A stretch of 64,000 nucleotides of DNA from Bacilli bacterium (GCA_024399115.1 JAKSHZ010000004.1:52-64051); one strand, 5' to 3'. Positions 10,241 through 19,802 are shown, counted from the first letter of the stretch. Notes: generated by a model from the sequence alone, not told the origin. Numbers and translations are program-made.

Positions 10241-13080
10241 TAGTTATGTTTTCCTTTCTCTAATACTTCTTTTAAATACATACCTGTATATGACTTCTCG
10301 TTTTTAGCGACTTCTTCAGGAGTACCTTTTGCGATAATAGTCCCACCATTATCTCCTCCTTCAGGTCCTAAGTCGATAATATAATCTGCGACTTTAATGA
10401 CGTCTAAGTTATGTTCAATAACTAAGACTGTGTCCCCGTTATCAACGATTCTTTGGAGAACCTTAATTAATCTAGAAACGTCATCACTATGTAAACCGGT
10501 AGTTGGTTCATCTAAGATATATAAAGTTTTACCAGTAGGTTTCTTTTGTAAGTAGCTAGCAAGCTTAACACGTTGAGCTTCACCACCACTTAATGTAGTA
10601 GCTTGTTGACCTAATTTGATATAACCTAAACCAACATCGTTAAGAACCTGGATTTTCTTTTTAATTGAAGGTCTATTTTCAAAGAAATGGAGTGCTTCTT
10701 CGATTGTCATTTCAAGGACATCATAGATGTTCTTTCCTTTATATGTGACTTGGAGAGTTTCTTCGTTATAACGTTTTCCATCGCAAGCATCACACTTAAC
10801 ATAAACATCTGGTAAGAAATTCATTGGAATTCTAACAACACCATCACCCCAACATTTTTCACATCTACCACCAGGAACGTTGAATGAGAATCTACCTTTG
10901 TCATATCCTCTTGCACGAGCTTCTACAGTTTCTGCAAAGAGATCTCTGATTTCGTCAAAAATCTTACAATATGTTGCAGGGTTACTACGTGGAGTTCTTC
11001 CAATAGGCTCTTGAGAAACGTCAATAACCTTATCGATGTTCTCTAATCCTTCGATTTCTTGAACCTTAATTTCATCTAATAAAGTCTCTCCATTAATATG
11101 AGCTTTAATGAATGGGAATAATGTTTGGTTGATTAAAGATGATTTGCCACTACCACTTACACCAGTGACAGCAACAAAACATCCTAAAGGAATCTTGCAA
11201 TCAACACCCTTCAAGTTATTCATTTTTGCACCTTTAATAGTGACAAATTTTCCGTTTCCTTGTTTTCTTACTGCAGGAACTGGAATGTATTTTCTACCAG
11301 TGAGGTAATCACCAGTTAAACTTGTTTTTGAATTTTCGATTTGTTTAACAGTACCTTGAGCGACAACTTGTCCGCCATGGACACCAGCACCAGGACCAAT
11401 ATCAACAATATAATCAGCGCTCTTAATTGTTTCTTCGTCGTGTTCGACAACAATTAAAGTATTTCCCAAATCTCTCATAGACTTCATTGTGTTAATAAGT
11501 CTTGCAGAGTCACGAGCGTGTAAACCAATACTTGGTTCATCCATAACATAAAGAACACCAGTTAACTTACTACCAACTTGAGTTGCTAATCTAATTCTTT
11601 GAGATTCGCCACCAGAAAGAGTTAACGCCATACGAGCCAATGTTAAATAATCTAAGCCGACATCAACTAAGAAGCTTAAGCGGTTTTTAATTTCCTTTAA
11701 GACTAAGTCTGCAATTTTGTTTTCTTGCTCTGTTAATTTTGAAGGTAAATCGTCGATAAAATCCTTCAATTCTTTAATTTGTAAACATGTAGCTTCATAA
11801 ATGCTTAAGCCACCGACCTTAACAGAAAGAGCTTCTTTAGAAAGTCTTGCACCATTACATGTTTTACATGTGGTGTCTCTCATCATACTTCCGTACCATT
11901 CACGGCTGAATTCAGAAGTTGTTTCGTTATATAGTCTTTCGATGTGTGTTTTAACGCCTTCAATATAACCATGACGTTTCATTGTGTTACCTGAAGAAGA
12001 TTTGATTTCATAATCGTGTTCTTCTGGTGAACCTACTAAACAAATTTGTTGTTGTTCTTCAGTTAATTCGTTCCATGGTACATTGAGTGGAATTTTATAT
12101 AATTTGCAAAGTATTTCAAAACTTTGCCATTCGAGGTTTTTAGTACCGACTGTGTTTTGGTAATACTTAATAGCGCCTTGTACTAATGTTTTAGTTGGAT
12201 CTGGAACTAATAAACGGACATCGACTTCACGTTTAATTCCTAAACCTTTACAGTCAGGGCAATATCCCATAGGTGCGTTAAATGAGAATAATCTTGGTTC
12301 GACTTTTGGAACAGAGAATCCACATTTAGGGCAAGTGTGCTTGTCTGAAAGTAATCTTTCTCCACTATCAGTTAAAATAACTAAAAGTCCATGAGACCAA
12401 TCTAAACATGTGTCGATTGATTCAATAACTCTAGTTCTAATATCTTTTTTAATAATAATTCTATCTACAACGATATCGATATCGTGCTTTTTATTCTTAT
12501 CTAAATCTTTTAAATCTTCAAAAGTGATAACTTCACCATCGACTCTTAAACGTGTAAAACCAGATAATCTAATCTTGTCTAAAACGTCTTTATGAGTGCC
12601 TTTTTCGTGATGAACTACTGGAGAAATTAATTGAACTTTTGTTCCTTCAGGATATCCCATGACGATATCAGCCATCATAGATGAAGTAAAAGAAATGATT
12701 GGCTCATTATGAGTTGGACAATATGGAATACCGATTCTTCCCCATAAAAGTCTTAAATAATCATAAATTTCTGTTACTGTGCCGACTGTTGAACGAGGGT
12801 TATGAGAAACGCTCTTTTGATCAATCGCGATTGAAGGAGATAATCCATCGATAGAATCTACATCTGGTTTATCGTAATTTCCTAAGAATTGTCTAGCATA
12901 GCTAGAAAGAGACTCCATATATCTACGTTGGCCTTCAGCAAAGATTGTGTCGAAAGCTAATGTTGATTTTCCTGAACCAGATAATCCAGTAAAGACAATA
13001 AGAGAATCTTTTGGTAAATCTATATCTACATTTTTAAGGTTGTTCTCTCTAGCACCTTTAACAATAATTCTTTTTTCCAT
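10240..13080 (-). CDS. uvrA: excinuclease ABC subunit A
   Basis: 946 aa with two ABC ATPase modules (GLSGSGKS, GVSGSGKS, LSGGE x2) and zinc-finger Cys clusters. Confidence 0.95.
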   Translation of the reverse strand: MEKRIIVKGARENNLKNVDIDLPKDSLIVFTGLSGSGKSTLAFDTIFAEGQRRYMESLSSYARQFLGNYDKPDVDSIDGLSPSIAIDQKSVSHNPRSTVGTVTEIYDYLRLLWGRIGIPYCPTHNEPIISFTSSMMADIVMGYPEGTKVQLISPVVHHEKGTHKDVLDKIRLSGFTRLRVDGEVITFEDLKDLDKNKKHDIDIVVDRIIIKKDIRTRVIESIDTCLDWSHGLLVILTDSGERLLSDKHTCPKCGFSVPKVEPRLFSFNAPMGYCPDCKGLGIKREVDVRLLVPDPTKTLVQGAIKYYQNTVGTKNLEWQSFEILCKLYKIPLNVPWNELTEEQQQICLVGSPEEHDYEIKSSSGNTMKRHGYIEGVKTHIERLYNETTSEFSREWYGSMMRDTTCKTCNGARLSKEALSVKVGGLSIYEATCLQIKELKDFIDDLPSKLTEQENKIADLVLKEIKNRLSFLVDVGLDYLTLARMALTLSGGESQRIRLATQVGSKLTGVLYVMDEPSIGLHARDSARLINTMKSMRDLGNTLIVVEHDEETIKSADYIVDIGPGAGVHGGQVVAQGTVKQIENSKTSLTGDYLTGRKYIPVPAVRKQGNGKFVTIKGAKMNNLKGVDCKIPLGCFVAVTGVSGSGKSSLINQTLFPFIKAHINGETLLDEIKVQEIEGLENIDKVIDVSQEPIGRTPRSNPATYCKIFDEIRDLFAETVEARARGYDKGRFSFNVPGGRCEKCWGDGVVRIPMNFLPDVYVKCDACDGKRYNEETLQVTYKGKNIYDVLEMTIEEALHFFENRPSIKKKIQVLNDVGLGYIKLGQQATTLSGGEAQRVKLASYLQKKPTGKTLYILDEPTTGLHSDDVSRLIKVLQRIVDNGDTVLVIEHNLDVIKVADYIIDLGPEGGDNGGTIIAKGTPEEVAKNEKSYTGMYLKEVLEKGKHN

Positions 13081-13147
13081 AGTATTTGTATATTAACAAA
13101 TAATTCTTATAAATAAAACAACAACACTTTATGGCGTGTCATTTTCT

Positions 13148-13176
13148 TATAAATTAAAAGCAGGTGACCCTGCTTA
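13148..13176 (-). terminator. Rho-independent terminator after the P-loop kinase gene
   Basis: Minus strand reads AAGCAGG gtca CCTGCTT followed by TTAATTTAT. The stop codon lies in the stem. Confidence 0.55.
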
Positions 13177-13683
13177 TTTAACTATATCATCAATAATTGG
13201 TTTTAAATTTTGATTATTAACTTCGTAGATATTATCGAAGAATGCTCTGTCTTCATCGTTAACCTTTTCGAAACTATCGTATAATCTTTCCAAAACTTCT
13301 GTAGGAACTGGGAATTGTCTATCGATATTTTGTCTCATGACTGTAACTTTATCTAAGTTAAAGATGACAAGATCTACTTCATTGAATAAAGGTTTTAATG
13401 GTTTAATTTGGTTAATTCTAAACATTCTTTTTGCTGCGGTACTATCTAAAATAACGATTCCGTCTTCATCGGCGGAATAAACTCTAGCTAAATCATAGTA
13501 CATATTCCAAACGATATAATCATAATCAAAACATTGTTGGTTACCACAAACTTGCGTTCTTAAATTATCGCTACTAACGACGTAGACGTGTCCATTTCTC
13601 ATCCTATCTTTAATAAGAATAGAAATATAACTCTTACCACTACCTGGAACACCAGCTAAAACGATTAATTTATTCATATTCAA
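13174..13683 (-). CDS. stand-alone P-loop kinase (AAA_33 / polynucleotide-kinase-like; possibly RapZ-N-like)
   Basis: Walker A GVPGSGKS, then SSDNLR (compare T4 Pnk NRDDYR and RapZ VDNLP) and ILDSTAAKRMFR (compare Pnk IISDTN...RR). 169 aa, monocistronic. Confidence 0.45.
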   Translation of the reverse strand: MNMNKLIVLAGVPGSGKSYISILIKDRMRNGHVYVVSSDNLRTQVCGNQQCFDYDYIVWNMYYDLARVYSADEDGIVILDSTAAKRMFRINQIKPLKPLFNEVDLVIFNLDKVTVMRQNIDRQFPVPTEVLERLYDSFEKVNDEDRAFFDNIYEVNNQNLKPIIDDIVK

Positions 13684-13716
13684 AAGTATACTCTCTTTTA
13701 ACCTATTAAGTAAGAG

Positions 13717-13747
13717 AAAAAAAATAAAAGCCCCGCTTACGCGAGGC
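13717..13747 (-). terminator. Rho-independent terminator after the 128-aa gene
   Basis: Minus strand reads GCCTCGC gtaa GCGGGGC followed by TTTTATTTTTTTT. Confidence 0.65.
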
Positions 13748-13767
13748 TCATTATCTAATTTTTAGAA

Positions 13768-14154
13768 TTACTTAACGATATCGATTGCTAAAGCACCAAC
13801 ATCTTTACCATCTTTACCTGCTTGTAATAAACCGTTGATATCTTCTTCAGTCATTAAACCTGTCTTGACGATTTTTCTAGTTAATCTAGATAAATCCTTC
13901 TTGACCTCTTTCAAAAGAGCTTCGTTTTCTTTTCTAAAAGCGATTTTACGTTTAATACCGTTGACAAGTGCGTTAGGGATGTAAACAGAAGCGATTTTAC
14001 TTCCTTCTCTCCATTGGCGATAGTAGTAAGTTTTGCTACTAATAGTTTTTGTAGAAACATAGCCGCAAGGGAGTGTTGAAATAGTATTTTCAATATCGAC
14101 GTATTCGTTGATGAGATCAACCAATGCCTCTAAAAGGCGTGAATCTTTTTTCAT
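13768..14154 (-). CDS. hypothetical protein (128 aa), with its own promoter, RBS and terminator
   Basis: ORF with AAGGAGA RBS 7 nt upstream. I recognise no motif. Confidence 0.5.
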   Translation of the reverse strand: MKKDSRLLEALVDLINEYVDIENTISTLPCGYVSTKTISSKTYYYRQWREGSKIASVYIPNALVNGIKRKIAFRKENEALLKEVKKDLSRLTRKIVKTGLMTEEDINGLLQAGKDGKDVGALAIDIVK

Positions 14155-14182
14155 ATACGGTTCTCCTTAACCTACTTGTTAG

Positions 14183-14212
14183 ATTTTAACCTAATTCAAA
14201 AATATATAGCAA
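14183..14212 (-). promoter_or_regulatory. Promoter of the 128-aa gene (-35 TTGCTA, 18-nt spacer, -10 TAAAAT)
   Basis: Minus strand reads TTGCTAtatatttttgaattaggtTAAAAT, then the AAGGAGA RBS. Confidence 0.4.
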
Positions 14213-14273
14213 GTAGAAATTTTCTTATAAGTAACCTATTTAATAAATTAAATAAGTGTTTGCTCTATATAGA

Positions 14274-17200
14274 TTATAAACCAAATTTCTTGATTCTGTC
14301 TAATCTATCTTTAGCACATTTCTCACTCTTAGCGAGTAATGCTTCAGCATTATTTGGGTTAATTCTTGGTAATTGTGAGAATCTTGTTTCAGTCATGATG
14401 AAGTCTCTGAACTTGCTGAAGTCAGGATCTTTCATATCGACTGTTAATCCTGGTTTACCAGCTTCGATATTTCTTGGGTCATATCTGAAGATTGGGAAGT
14501 AACCACATTCAACAGCTGCTCTTTCTTGTCTCATTGAGTTAGCTAAGCCGCCCTTAATACCATGGTTAGCACATGGAGCGTAACAGATAACTAATGATGG
14601 ACCATCATAAGATTCAGCTTCTTTTAATGCTTTAATAGCTGCGATTGGGTTTGCACCTAATGAGATTTGAGCAACATAGACGTTACCATAGCTCATAGCG
14701 ATTAAAGCGAGGTTCTTCTTAGCAGTTGTTTTACCACTAGCAGTGAACTTAGCGATAGAACCTGTTTGAGAAGATTTAGATGATTGACCACCTGTATTTG
14801 AGTAAACTTCAGTATCGAGTAATAAGATGTTAACATCTTCTTCGTTTGCGATAACGTGATCTAATCCACCGTAACCGATATCATAGCCCCAACCGTCACC
14901 ACCGACGATCCATACTGACTTATCAGCGAGGTCTCTTTCATAAGCGAGGACATCTTTAACGCCTGCATCAGCACTTGCTTTAACTAAAGCGACTAATTCA
15001 GGAACGATTGTTCTCATTGCTTTTCTATTCTTAATATTAGCGAAGTATTCGTCAATCTTAGCAGCTAATTCAGCTTCAACATCGCGTTCTTTAGCAGCGC
15101 TTAAGATTTCGATGATTGCTTTGATCTTTGTATCTGTAGCAACTCTCATACCATAACCGAATTCTGCGTTATCTTCGAATAATGAGTTAGCCCAAGCAAC
15201 GCCTTGGCCTTCTTTATCTGTACAGAATGGAGTTAATGGAGTAGAACCACTGTAGATTGATGAACAGCCAGTTGCATTAGCAACTAACATATCTTTACCG
15301 AATAATTGAGAAACTAATCTGTAGTAAGGAGTTTCACCACAACCAGCACATGCACCAGAGATTTCCATGTAAGGCATTAAGAATCCAACACCTTTAACTG
15401 AGTTTTGGACAGCTTCTGGTAATCTGTCTGCTTTGTATGAAACGTTCTTGTAGCAGTAGACTGCAGCGTCTTCTTGGACGAATTGTGATTTTGCTTCGAC
15501 CATTTCGAGAGCGACTTTGCCAGTCTTGTTAGCCATACATTCACCAACACAGAGACCACAACCGACACAGTTTCTTGGTGAAACTTGGATACGGTATTTT
15601 AAGCCTGCTAAGCCAGGGCCCATAGCGTTGATTGCTTCTTTAGCTAATTCTGGAGCATTAGCGTATTCTGTTTCATCCATTAAGATTGGACGAATTGTAG
15701 CGTGTGGACATACGAATGCACATTGGTTACATTGAATACATGCTTCTGGGTGCCATAATGGAACTCTGTCTGCGATACTTCTTCTTTCTTGGAAAGTAAT
15801 ATCGTTTCTCATAGTACCATCGAGTAATTCATATTCCATGAATTTTGAAACTGGGAGGTCATCGCCGCCTAAGTTACCCATGACAGCAACGTAAGAATCG
15901 AAGTAGTCGTCACCAGTTAATTTTGATTCGACCTTTGGTTCTAAGCTAGCCCATGCTGGATCAACTGCGACTTGTCTTAAGCCTTCTGTACCAGCATCGA
16001 TTGCTTTCCAGTTCATTTCAACGATATCTTGACCTTTCTTTGCGTAGCTCTTTTCAGCGAATTTCTTCATCCACTTATTAGCTTCTGCATATGGCATGAT
16101 ATCTTGGTTGAGATAGAAGAATGAAGCTTGGAGAATTGTATTTGTATGTCTACCCATACCGATTTCTCCAGCAATCTTATTAGCATCAATAACATAGAAT
16201 TTTGCTTTCTTTGTAGCTAATTGATACTTAACACGATTTGGCATTGATGCGACTAATGCAGCATCATCTAAATCTGTATTTAATAAGAATGTTCCGCCTT
16301 CTTTTAAGTTCTTGATCATATCGAACTTGTATAAGTATGAGTCTAATGAACAAGAAACGAAGTCAGCGTTTTGAACATAATATGTTGAGTGAATTGGTGA
16401 TTTACCAAATCTTAAGTGTGAACGTGTAACGCCACCAGCTTTTCTACTATCATATGCGAAGTAAGCTTGAGCGTATTGTCCTGTAGCATCACCAATAATC
16501 TTAATGGAGGATTTGTTAGCACTAACAGTACCATCAGAACCTAAACCGTAGAATAAGCATGATGTGTAGTCGCCTTTAACGTGATAGTTATTATCTACTG
16601 GAATTGAGAGATGTGTAACATCATCGTTGATAGAAACTGTGAAGTTGTTCCATTTGTTTTCTGAAGCCATGAAATCGTAAACAGCTTTCATGTCTTTTGG
16701 TTGAGTATCTTTTGATGATAAACCATATCTACCACCGATAACTTCAACGTCTAAGCCAGCACCTTTAACAACAGCACAAACGTCTTCGTATAAAGGTTCG
16801 CCAGCAGCGCCAGCTTCTTTAGTTCTGTCTAAGACAGCGATTGTCTTAACTGTTTCTGGTAAAACAGCTAATAAGTGTTTTGCTGAGAATGGACGGTATA
16901 AGTGAACTTTGACTAAACCAATCTTTTCTCCCTTTGCTGCTAAGTCATCGATAACTTCTGTAATAGTTTCTGTAACAGAACCCATTGCGATAATGACTCT
17001 TTCAGCATCTTTAGCACCATAATATGTGAATGGAGCGTAATTTCTGCCAGTTAATTCACTAGCTTTTTCGAAATATTTACAAGCAACGTCGAGAACTTCT
17101 TCAACTTTCTTGTTTTGAGCTTCTCTACCTTGGAAGTAAACGTCATCGTTTTCAGCACCACCTCTTGTGACTGGGTGAGTGTGTGGGTTTAATGCTCTTG

Positions 17201-17828
17201 ATCTAAATAATTCAACTTTATCCATTGGGAGTAATTTCTTCCATTCAGCATCATCAACGAATTCAACGTTTTGGATTTCGTGTGATGTTCTGAATCCGTC
17301 AAAGAATTGACAGACTGGATATTGAGCATCGATTGCTACTAAGTGAGCAACGTTTGTTAAATCTGCAATTTCTTGAACTGAGTGAGCGCAGATCATTGCG
17401 ATACCAGTTTGTCTAATTGCATAAATGTCTTGATGATCACCAAAGATTGATAATGAACGTGTTGCTAAGCTTCTTGCAGAAACGTGTAAGACTGCTGGAA
17501 GAAGTTCGCCAACCCATTTATAAATGTTTGGAATCATTAATAATAAACCTTGGCTAGCTGTATAAGTTGCTGCTAATCCACCAGCTTGTAAAACACCGTG
17601 GACTGTACCTGAAGCACCAGCTTCTGATTGCATTTCGCTAACTTTTACGACTGAACCGAAAAAGTTCTTTTTTCCTTGTGATGCATAAACATCAACATTC
17701 TCCGCCATTGGAGAAGATGGAGTAATTGGATAAATACCAGCTACTTCAATATAATTGTAAGATCCAATAGCTGCAGCTGTGTTACCATCAACTGAAAGCA
17801 TTGTTTTCTTTACATCGGCCATTTTCAT
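14274..17828 (-). CDS. nifJ: pyruvate:ferredoxin (flavodoxin) oxidoreductase, single-chain PFOR
   Basis: 1184 aa; two 4Fe-4S ferredoxin motifs (CIQCNQCAFVCPHA, CVGCGLCVGEC) and TPP-binding GDGWGYDIGYGGLDH. Confidence 0.95.
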   Translation of the reverse strand: MKMADVKKTMLSVDGNTAAAIGSYNYIEVAGIYPITPSSPMAENVDVYASQGKKNFFGSVVKVSEMQSEAGASGTVHGVLQAGGLAATYTASQGLLLMIPNIYKWVGELLPAVLHVSARSLATRSLSIFGDHQDIYAIRQTGIAMICAHSVQEIADLTNVAHLVAIDAQYPVCQFFDGFRTSHEIQNVEFVDDAEWKKLLPMDKVELFRSRALNPHTHPVTRGGAENDDVYFQGREAQNKKVEEVLDVACKYFEKASELTGRNYAPFTYYGAKDAERVIIAMGSVTETITEVIDDLAAKGEKIGLVKVHLYRPFSAKHLLAVLPETVKTIAVLDRTKEAGAAGEPLYEDVCAVVKGAGLDVEVIGGRYGLSSKDTQPKDMKAVYDFMASENKWNNFTVSINDDVTHLSIPVDNNYHVKGDYTSCLFYGLGSDGTVSANKSSIKIIGDATGQYAQAYFAYDSRKAGGVTRSHLRFGKSPIHSTYYVQNADFVSCSLDSYLYKFDMIKNLKEGGTFLLNTDLDDAALVASMPNRVKYQLATKKAKFYVIDANKIAGEIGMGRHTNTILQASFFYLNQDIMPYAEANKWMKKFAEKSYAKKGQDIVEMNWKAIDAGTEGLRQVAVDPAWASLEPKVESKLTGDDYFDSYVAVMGNLGGDDLPVSKFMEYELLDGTMRNDITFQERRSIADRVPLWHPEACIQCNQCAFVCPHATIRPILMDETEYANAPELAKEAINAMGPGLAGLKYRIQVSPRNCVGCGLCVGECMANKTGKVALEMVEAKSQFVQEDAAVYCYKNVSYKADRLPEAVQNSVKGVGFLMPYMEISGACAGCGETPYYRLVSQLFGKDMLVANATGCSSIYSGSTPLTPFCTDKEGQGVAWANSLFEDNAEFGYGMRVATDTKIKAIIEILSAAKERDVEAELAAKIDEYFANIKNRKAMRTIVPELVALVKASADAGVKDVLAYERDLADKSVWIVGGDGWGYDIGYGGLDHVIANEEDVNILLLDTEVYSNTGGQSSKSSQTGSIAKFTASGKTTAKKNLALIAMSYGNVYVAQISLGANPIAAIKALKEAESYDGPSLVICYAPCANHGIKGGLANSMRQERAAVECGYFPIFRYDPRNIEAGKPGLTVDMKDPDFSKFRDFIMTETRFSQLPRINPNNAEALLAKSEKCAKDRLDRIKKFGL

Positions 17829-17853
17829 ATCCTCCTAAAAAATACCGAGATTA

Positions 17854-17883
17854 TTATACGTACGTATGTATATGAATATCAAG
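17854..17883 (-). promoter_or_regulatory. PFOR promoter (-35 TTGATA, 18-nt spacer, -10 TATAAT)
   Basis: Minus strand reads TTGATAttcatatacatacgtacgTATAAT, about 25 nt upstream of the GGAGGA RBS. Confidence 0.5.
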
Positions 17884-17953
17884 TAAGAATTAAATAAGCG
17901 TGAAGAAAAAGAGGTTTTGAGGCCTCTTCTCGTTGTAAATCGTGTTGTAACAA

Positions 17954-19273
17954 CTATTTTTTCTCTAATTCAGTACCATTGTACATGTAATCGCACCAAG
18001 GGAAATTCTTCCAGAGATTGACATGTAATCTATGCATTTCTTCGACAAGAAGTAACATTTTTCCGACGCATGGAGTCGTTGGTTTAATTTCGATACATTC
18101 ACCCTTAACATACATGCAAGTTGCAGTAGTGTCATTTTCAATGACCAATGAGTAAATGACGTCATATCCAAGAGTCCAGCTCCATGGTTCTCCATGTCTT
18201 TCCCCTTCAAAATGCATGCCTTTATGGTCGATAGTAATTTTTCCCTTGCCACAAGGTAAAGATAACGAATTTTTGTCCTTAATTGGCTTATATTTTGGCA
18301 TCTCACCAATTTCTACATCACATGTGAAGGAATAATTCTCATCCGCTCTGATTTCTTTAATAACTTGTTCACGTTGCCAATCGAACCATGCAGATGGAGA
18401 GACTGGGGCAACGTCGCCTTCGTGTAAATAATGGAAATCGTAATACTCATCGATTTCTACACCATTACCGCATTCCTTACAATAAAGTTTATTCCCCTCA
18501 CCGACCATAACTAAATCTTTGCCACATTTTGGACATTTGTAGCAAATAGTTTCAAGGTTATATGCTGCACGATTCTTGATTTTATATTTAACTCTTGCAG
18601 TCTTATTCCATTCATAGTCATCGTGTTTGAATGTGAGGTTTAATTTATCTTCGATTTGTTCAGGAGTCATGCTCTTTAAATCTTCTGAAGTGAAGAGTTT
18701 AGAAACAGTGACGTGTACCTTACCAGGTCTATCTTTAATGTCAGTTTTATGAGAAGTTAAGTATGCACCTTCAAGCTTCATAAAGTAAACTGGGATTCTA
18801 TAGAATTGTAAGAATCTACCTGTTCCAGGTACTACTGGTTGATTGTGGCCATAAATTGATGACATTCCTTCTGGTGAGAAAGAGATGCATCCGCCACTTT
18901 TGATGACTTTATTGATAGCTCTAATTCCTACTGGATCGTTAGTGAAATTTTTCTTTGGAATGATTTTGCAAGCGCTGAATAAACCATAGAATTTTTTTCT
19001 ATAGAATTCTGATGCACCAGCGACCATATTGAACTTTTTCCAACCGAATACCTTTTTAATAAACAAGTAGTCTCTTCTTGATAAATGGTTCCAAACAATG
19101 AAGCATGGGCCTTTTTCTTTTCTTGGGTCATCGATAATGTCATATGTTGCGTGATATTTTGGTTCAAAAAATGGCATCGCAACTAAAAAACTATATGCTG
19201 CCCAAATTAAATTTCCTGGAATTTTATATTCTCTCTTTGCGAGTTTTTGTTCGATAGTTAATTTTTCTTTCAT
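17954..19273 (-). CDS. lysophospholipid (PlsC-family) acyltransferase with a C-terminal Zn-ribbon extension
   Basis: HX4D motif WNHLSRRD and FSPEG motif of PlsC/LPLAT acyltransferases. C-terminal CxxC...CxxC (CYKCPKCG...CKECG). Confidence 0.6.
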   Translation of the reverse strand: MKEKLTIEQKLAKREYKIPGNLIWAAYSFLVAMPFFEPKYHATYDIIDDPRKEKGPCFIVWNHLSRRDYLFIKKVFGWKKFNMVAGASEFYRKKFYGLFSACKIIPKKNFTNDPVGIRAINKVIKSGGCISFSPEGMSSIYGHNQPVVPGTGRFLQFYRIPVYFMKLEGAYLTSHKTDIKDRPGKVHVTVSKLFTSEDLKSMTPEQIEDKLNLTFKHDDYEWNKTARVKYKIKNRAAYNLETICYKCPKCGKDLVMVGEGNKLYCKECGNGVEIDEYYDFHYLHEGDVAPVSPSAWFDWQREQVIKEIRADENYSFTCDVEIGEMPKYKPIKDKNSLSLPCGKGKITIDHKGMHFEGERHGEPWSWTLGYDVIYSLVIENDTTATCMYVKGECIEIKPTTPCVGKMLLLVEEMHRLHVNLWKNFPWCDYMYNGTELEKK

Positions 19274-19454
19274 AATTAAACGCTACTAATAGCCTCTCCT
19301 TATTTAATCGCTTTCAATTGTATGTTTCTAAAGTTTGAATTTTTTAGATACAGTTAACATCCTAGTGAATATTATATTCTTATTAATATTATTAAAAAAC
19401 TTTTTATCGTTTTTTTTAACAATTCAAAATCATTGTGCTAATATTACTTGCGTT

Positions 19455-19688
19455 ATGACAAACGATGAAAAATTAATTATTTCTACACTCGATAAAATTA
19501 GACATTTTTTGCAAAAAGATGGCGGAGACGTTGAATTCGTTTCTTACAAAGACGGAATCGTTTATGTCAAGATGCATGGCGCATGCCAAGACTGCATGTA
19601 CGCTAACGCTGATATCAAAGGCTTAGTCGAAGTCATTTTACAGGAAGAAGTTCCTGGTGTTTTAGAAGTCAAACTCGCTGAAAACTAA
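19455..19688 (+). CDS. nfu: Nfu-type Fe-S cluster carrier (NifU C-terminal domain)
   Basis: MTNDEKL...FLQKDGGDVEFV...HGACQDC...EEVPGV closely parallels B. subtilis YutI. The track N-terminal extension from 19335 is hydrophobic AT-rich leader. Confidence 0.7.
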   Translation: MTNDEKLIISTLDKIRHFLQKDGGDVEFVSYKDGIVYVKMHGACQDCMYANADIKGLVEVILQEEVPGVLEVKLAEN

Positions 19689-19691
19689 ACT

Positions 19692-19766
19692 TGGGGTGTA
19701 GCCAAGCGGTAAGGCAGTGGACTCTGAATTCACCATTCACTGGTTCGATCCCAGTCACCCCAGCCA
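19692..19766 (+). tRNA. tRNA-Gln (anticodon CUG), 75 nt with U1-A72 and encoded CCA
   Basis: Cloverleaf folded by hand: acceptor TGGGGTG/CACCCCA, D-arm GCC..GGC, anticodon stem GTGGA/TTCAC with loop CTCTGAA, T-arm ACTGG-TTCGATC-CCAGT, 3' GCCA. Confidence 0.85.
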
Positions 19767-19771
19767 AAAGA

Positions 19772-19802
19772 AAAAAAGCTCATTTCGAGCTTTATTTTTT
19801 TA
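19772..19802 (+). terminator. Bidirectional Rho-independent terminator (AAAGCTC atttc GAGCTTT with T-runs on both sides)
   Basis: Hairpin flanked by AAAAAAA and TTTATTTTTTT. Serves nfu-tRNA-Gln (+) and the minus-strand operon ending at 19818. Confidence 0.7.

Noticed and set aside
17895-17930. Weak hairpin (AAGAGG...CCTCTT) after the PlsC-like gene as a terminator
   Set aside because: Short imperfect stem with a large loop and a poor U-tract. Possibly functional, but not supported well enough to call.
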